Assembly: GCA_009602735.1 (NCBI GenBank)
Contig: WELA01003378.1
Span: forward strand, 189,712 to 253,711
Length of the DNA: 64,000 nucleotides
Direction of reading: 5' to 3'
Origin: Mesotaenium endlicherianum
Taxonomy: Eukaryota
The notes below the pieces were generated by a model that saw only the letters and a program-made list of their open reading frames with translations, was not told where the DNA came from and did not search any database. Of the stretch, positions 62,652 to 64,000 are shown piece after piece. How positions within the stretch are numbered: position 1 is the stretch's first letter; each line of letters begins with the position of its first letter. Made by a program: the position numbers and the translations under genes.

Positions 62652-64000
62652 ACAAAGAAGACTGTGATAACAGCTCCGATACCACTGAAATGAATCGTCT
62701 TACCAAATAGGCGATTAATAATTAATAAAGATCTTTATATTAGCAAGTAATCTTTATGGTATTTCCATTAACTGGTTTAACGGCAAAGGACAATACACTA
62801 GCAGGGAATAATACTCGTAAGTCAAATGCGAGTAAACTAGCATCAATGATGCAAATTAGTAAACTCATACATAAGCAAGGTTAGAAGACAGTGCGTATCA
62901 ATGGCTTCTCGCCTTGGATTCATCTCTCTCTCAGTAAGCTGTACAAGAGAGTTGGCCTCGTTTCCGAATGCCGAACTCGAGAGCTATGTCTAGCGTATGT
63001 ACAGGGAATGAGTTTACTGTTCAACGGTCACTGCGATGGCACCGCCTACCCAGGAGTTAACCACGTTGGTAGGACCTCGGTTAACCAAATCCACCGCCAT
63101 CTCCCATCATCCCGAATCGCCATCCATCATAGGGATGTCATCTGGCCATTCATCTAGCACACCACACTTAGAAGCATATCGAGGCAGTTCGCTGCTACCG
63201 AGTACGGAAGTAAGCTGGCTGTTAAAGAATGTGTCAGCAAGCTGACTTAAGGTGACGTCAGCCTGCTACTTCCAGCCAAGTCATTAAATTGATATTAAGT
63301 ATAAAGTCCAGCAGACTGATTGTTAACTAGAGTTCAGCAGGCTGAACTTATTTAACTATATTATTTAAATGAATATTATATTGACTTGTATACTGATTCA
63401 TTACATGAGATATAAATGAAGAGGAATACGAGAAGTCTGAAGTGGGCACTACTGGGCCCTAATGGGCATCTAAGCAGCTACTAGGCATTATATAAGGAGC
63501 AAAAAATGAGCTATGAACCCCCCCCCCCCCAGCTGGAGGCGAGGGACCGTGAGCGCAGTTGAACGCGGAGGAGCTAAAATGCAAACATCAGGAACAAGGG
63601 AAGTGTGGACGGTCTCTAGTGAGCCAGGGAAGTAGAATCGAGGCGGGAGGTACTCCAGGTGATACTCGTGGCAAACGGACACTGGATATGAATCCGAAAC
63701 GGAAAAGAAGTGGGACGACGAGGCCGACTGACGACCACGGGGCCACCGAGATGGCGTACGCGCGCGCTCCAGGAAACTCCCACGAAGAGCGTCTGCAATA
63801 GCAGGTGTTAGCATCTGAGGCGGGAGGCTCCGCAAATTGTGAAGCAGGGACTCCATCCACCATGAAAGAGGAGGGTGACCTGCAACAACGAATAGACGAA
63901 GACAGACCGCATACGGAAAGAAGCAGCGGAAATATAAAAAGGGAAGGAAGTAATGAGAGGGTCCTAAGCTAGAGGTGGTGGTCTGCCCAATGGGCAAAAC

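Larger units (their letters stand above)
55421..63405 (-). mobile_element. Family A copy A3 with both LTRs (62686-63405 and 55421-56140) and internal deletions
   Basis: PBS 62673-62684; PPT 56141-56153; gag, PR, RT, RH, partial INT, chromodomain and extra ORF. Flanks TGAAC and TGAGA are not a clean TSD. Confidence 0.92.

Noticed and set aside
63406..64000. Third DNMT-Gypsy fragment (shares a CTG(G)nTTC run with 3895-3912)
   Set aside because: No methyltransferase or pol motifs were recognised in the translations; a shared G-run alone is insufficient.

Overview
Eukaryotic, almost entirely transposon-derived DNA: a nested pile of Ty3/Gypsy LTR retrotransposons plus one hAT DNA transposon. The tRNA-iMet primer sites, plant-type hAT and plant-type LIG4 exons suggest a green plant or streptophyte alga (inference). 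No intact host gene, RNA gene or CRISPR array is present. Five Gypsy families can be separated; A-E are my labels. Family A (~720-bp LTR, chromodomain, large extra ORF after pol) occurs at 1-1524, 5237-30504, 47199-51897 and 55421-63405, plus solo and partial LTRs. Family B has an intact copy at 39209-45889, and family D a near-intact copy at 21209-27294. Families C (34107-53360, minus) and E (2840-5236, plus) are decayed. Three results stand out. (1) The 11.3-kb hAT (6671-17964, 8-bp TSD) carries an intron-containing transposase and a convergent 4-exon, ATG-initiated mini-gene resembling the XRCC4-binding region plus BRCT2 of DNA ligase IV. (2) Two divergent Gypsy lineages (C and E) each carry a full DNA cytosine-5 methyltransferase domain upstream of RT (between protease and RT in C). 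(3) Family A carries a ~565-codon orphan ORF whose divergence between copies is mostly synonymous. All identifications come from hand translation and motif recognition; no database search was run.
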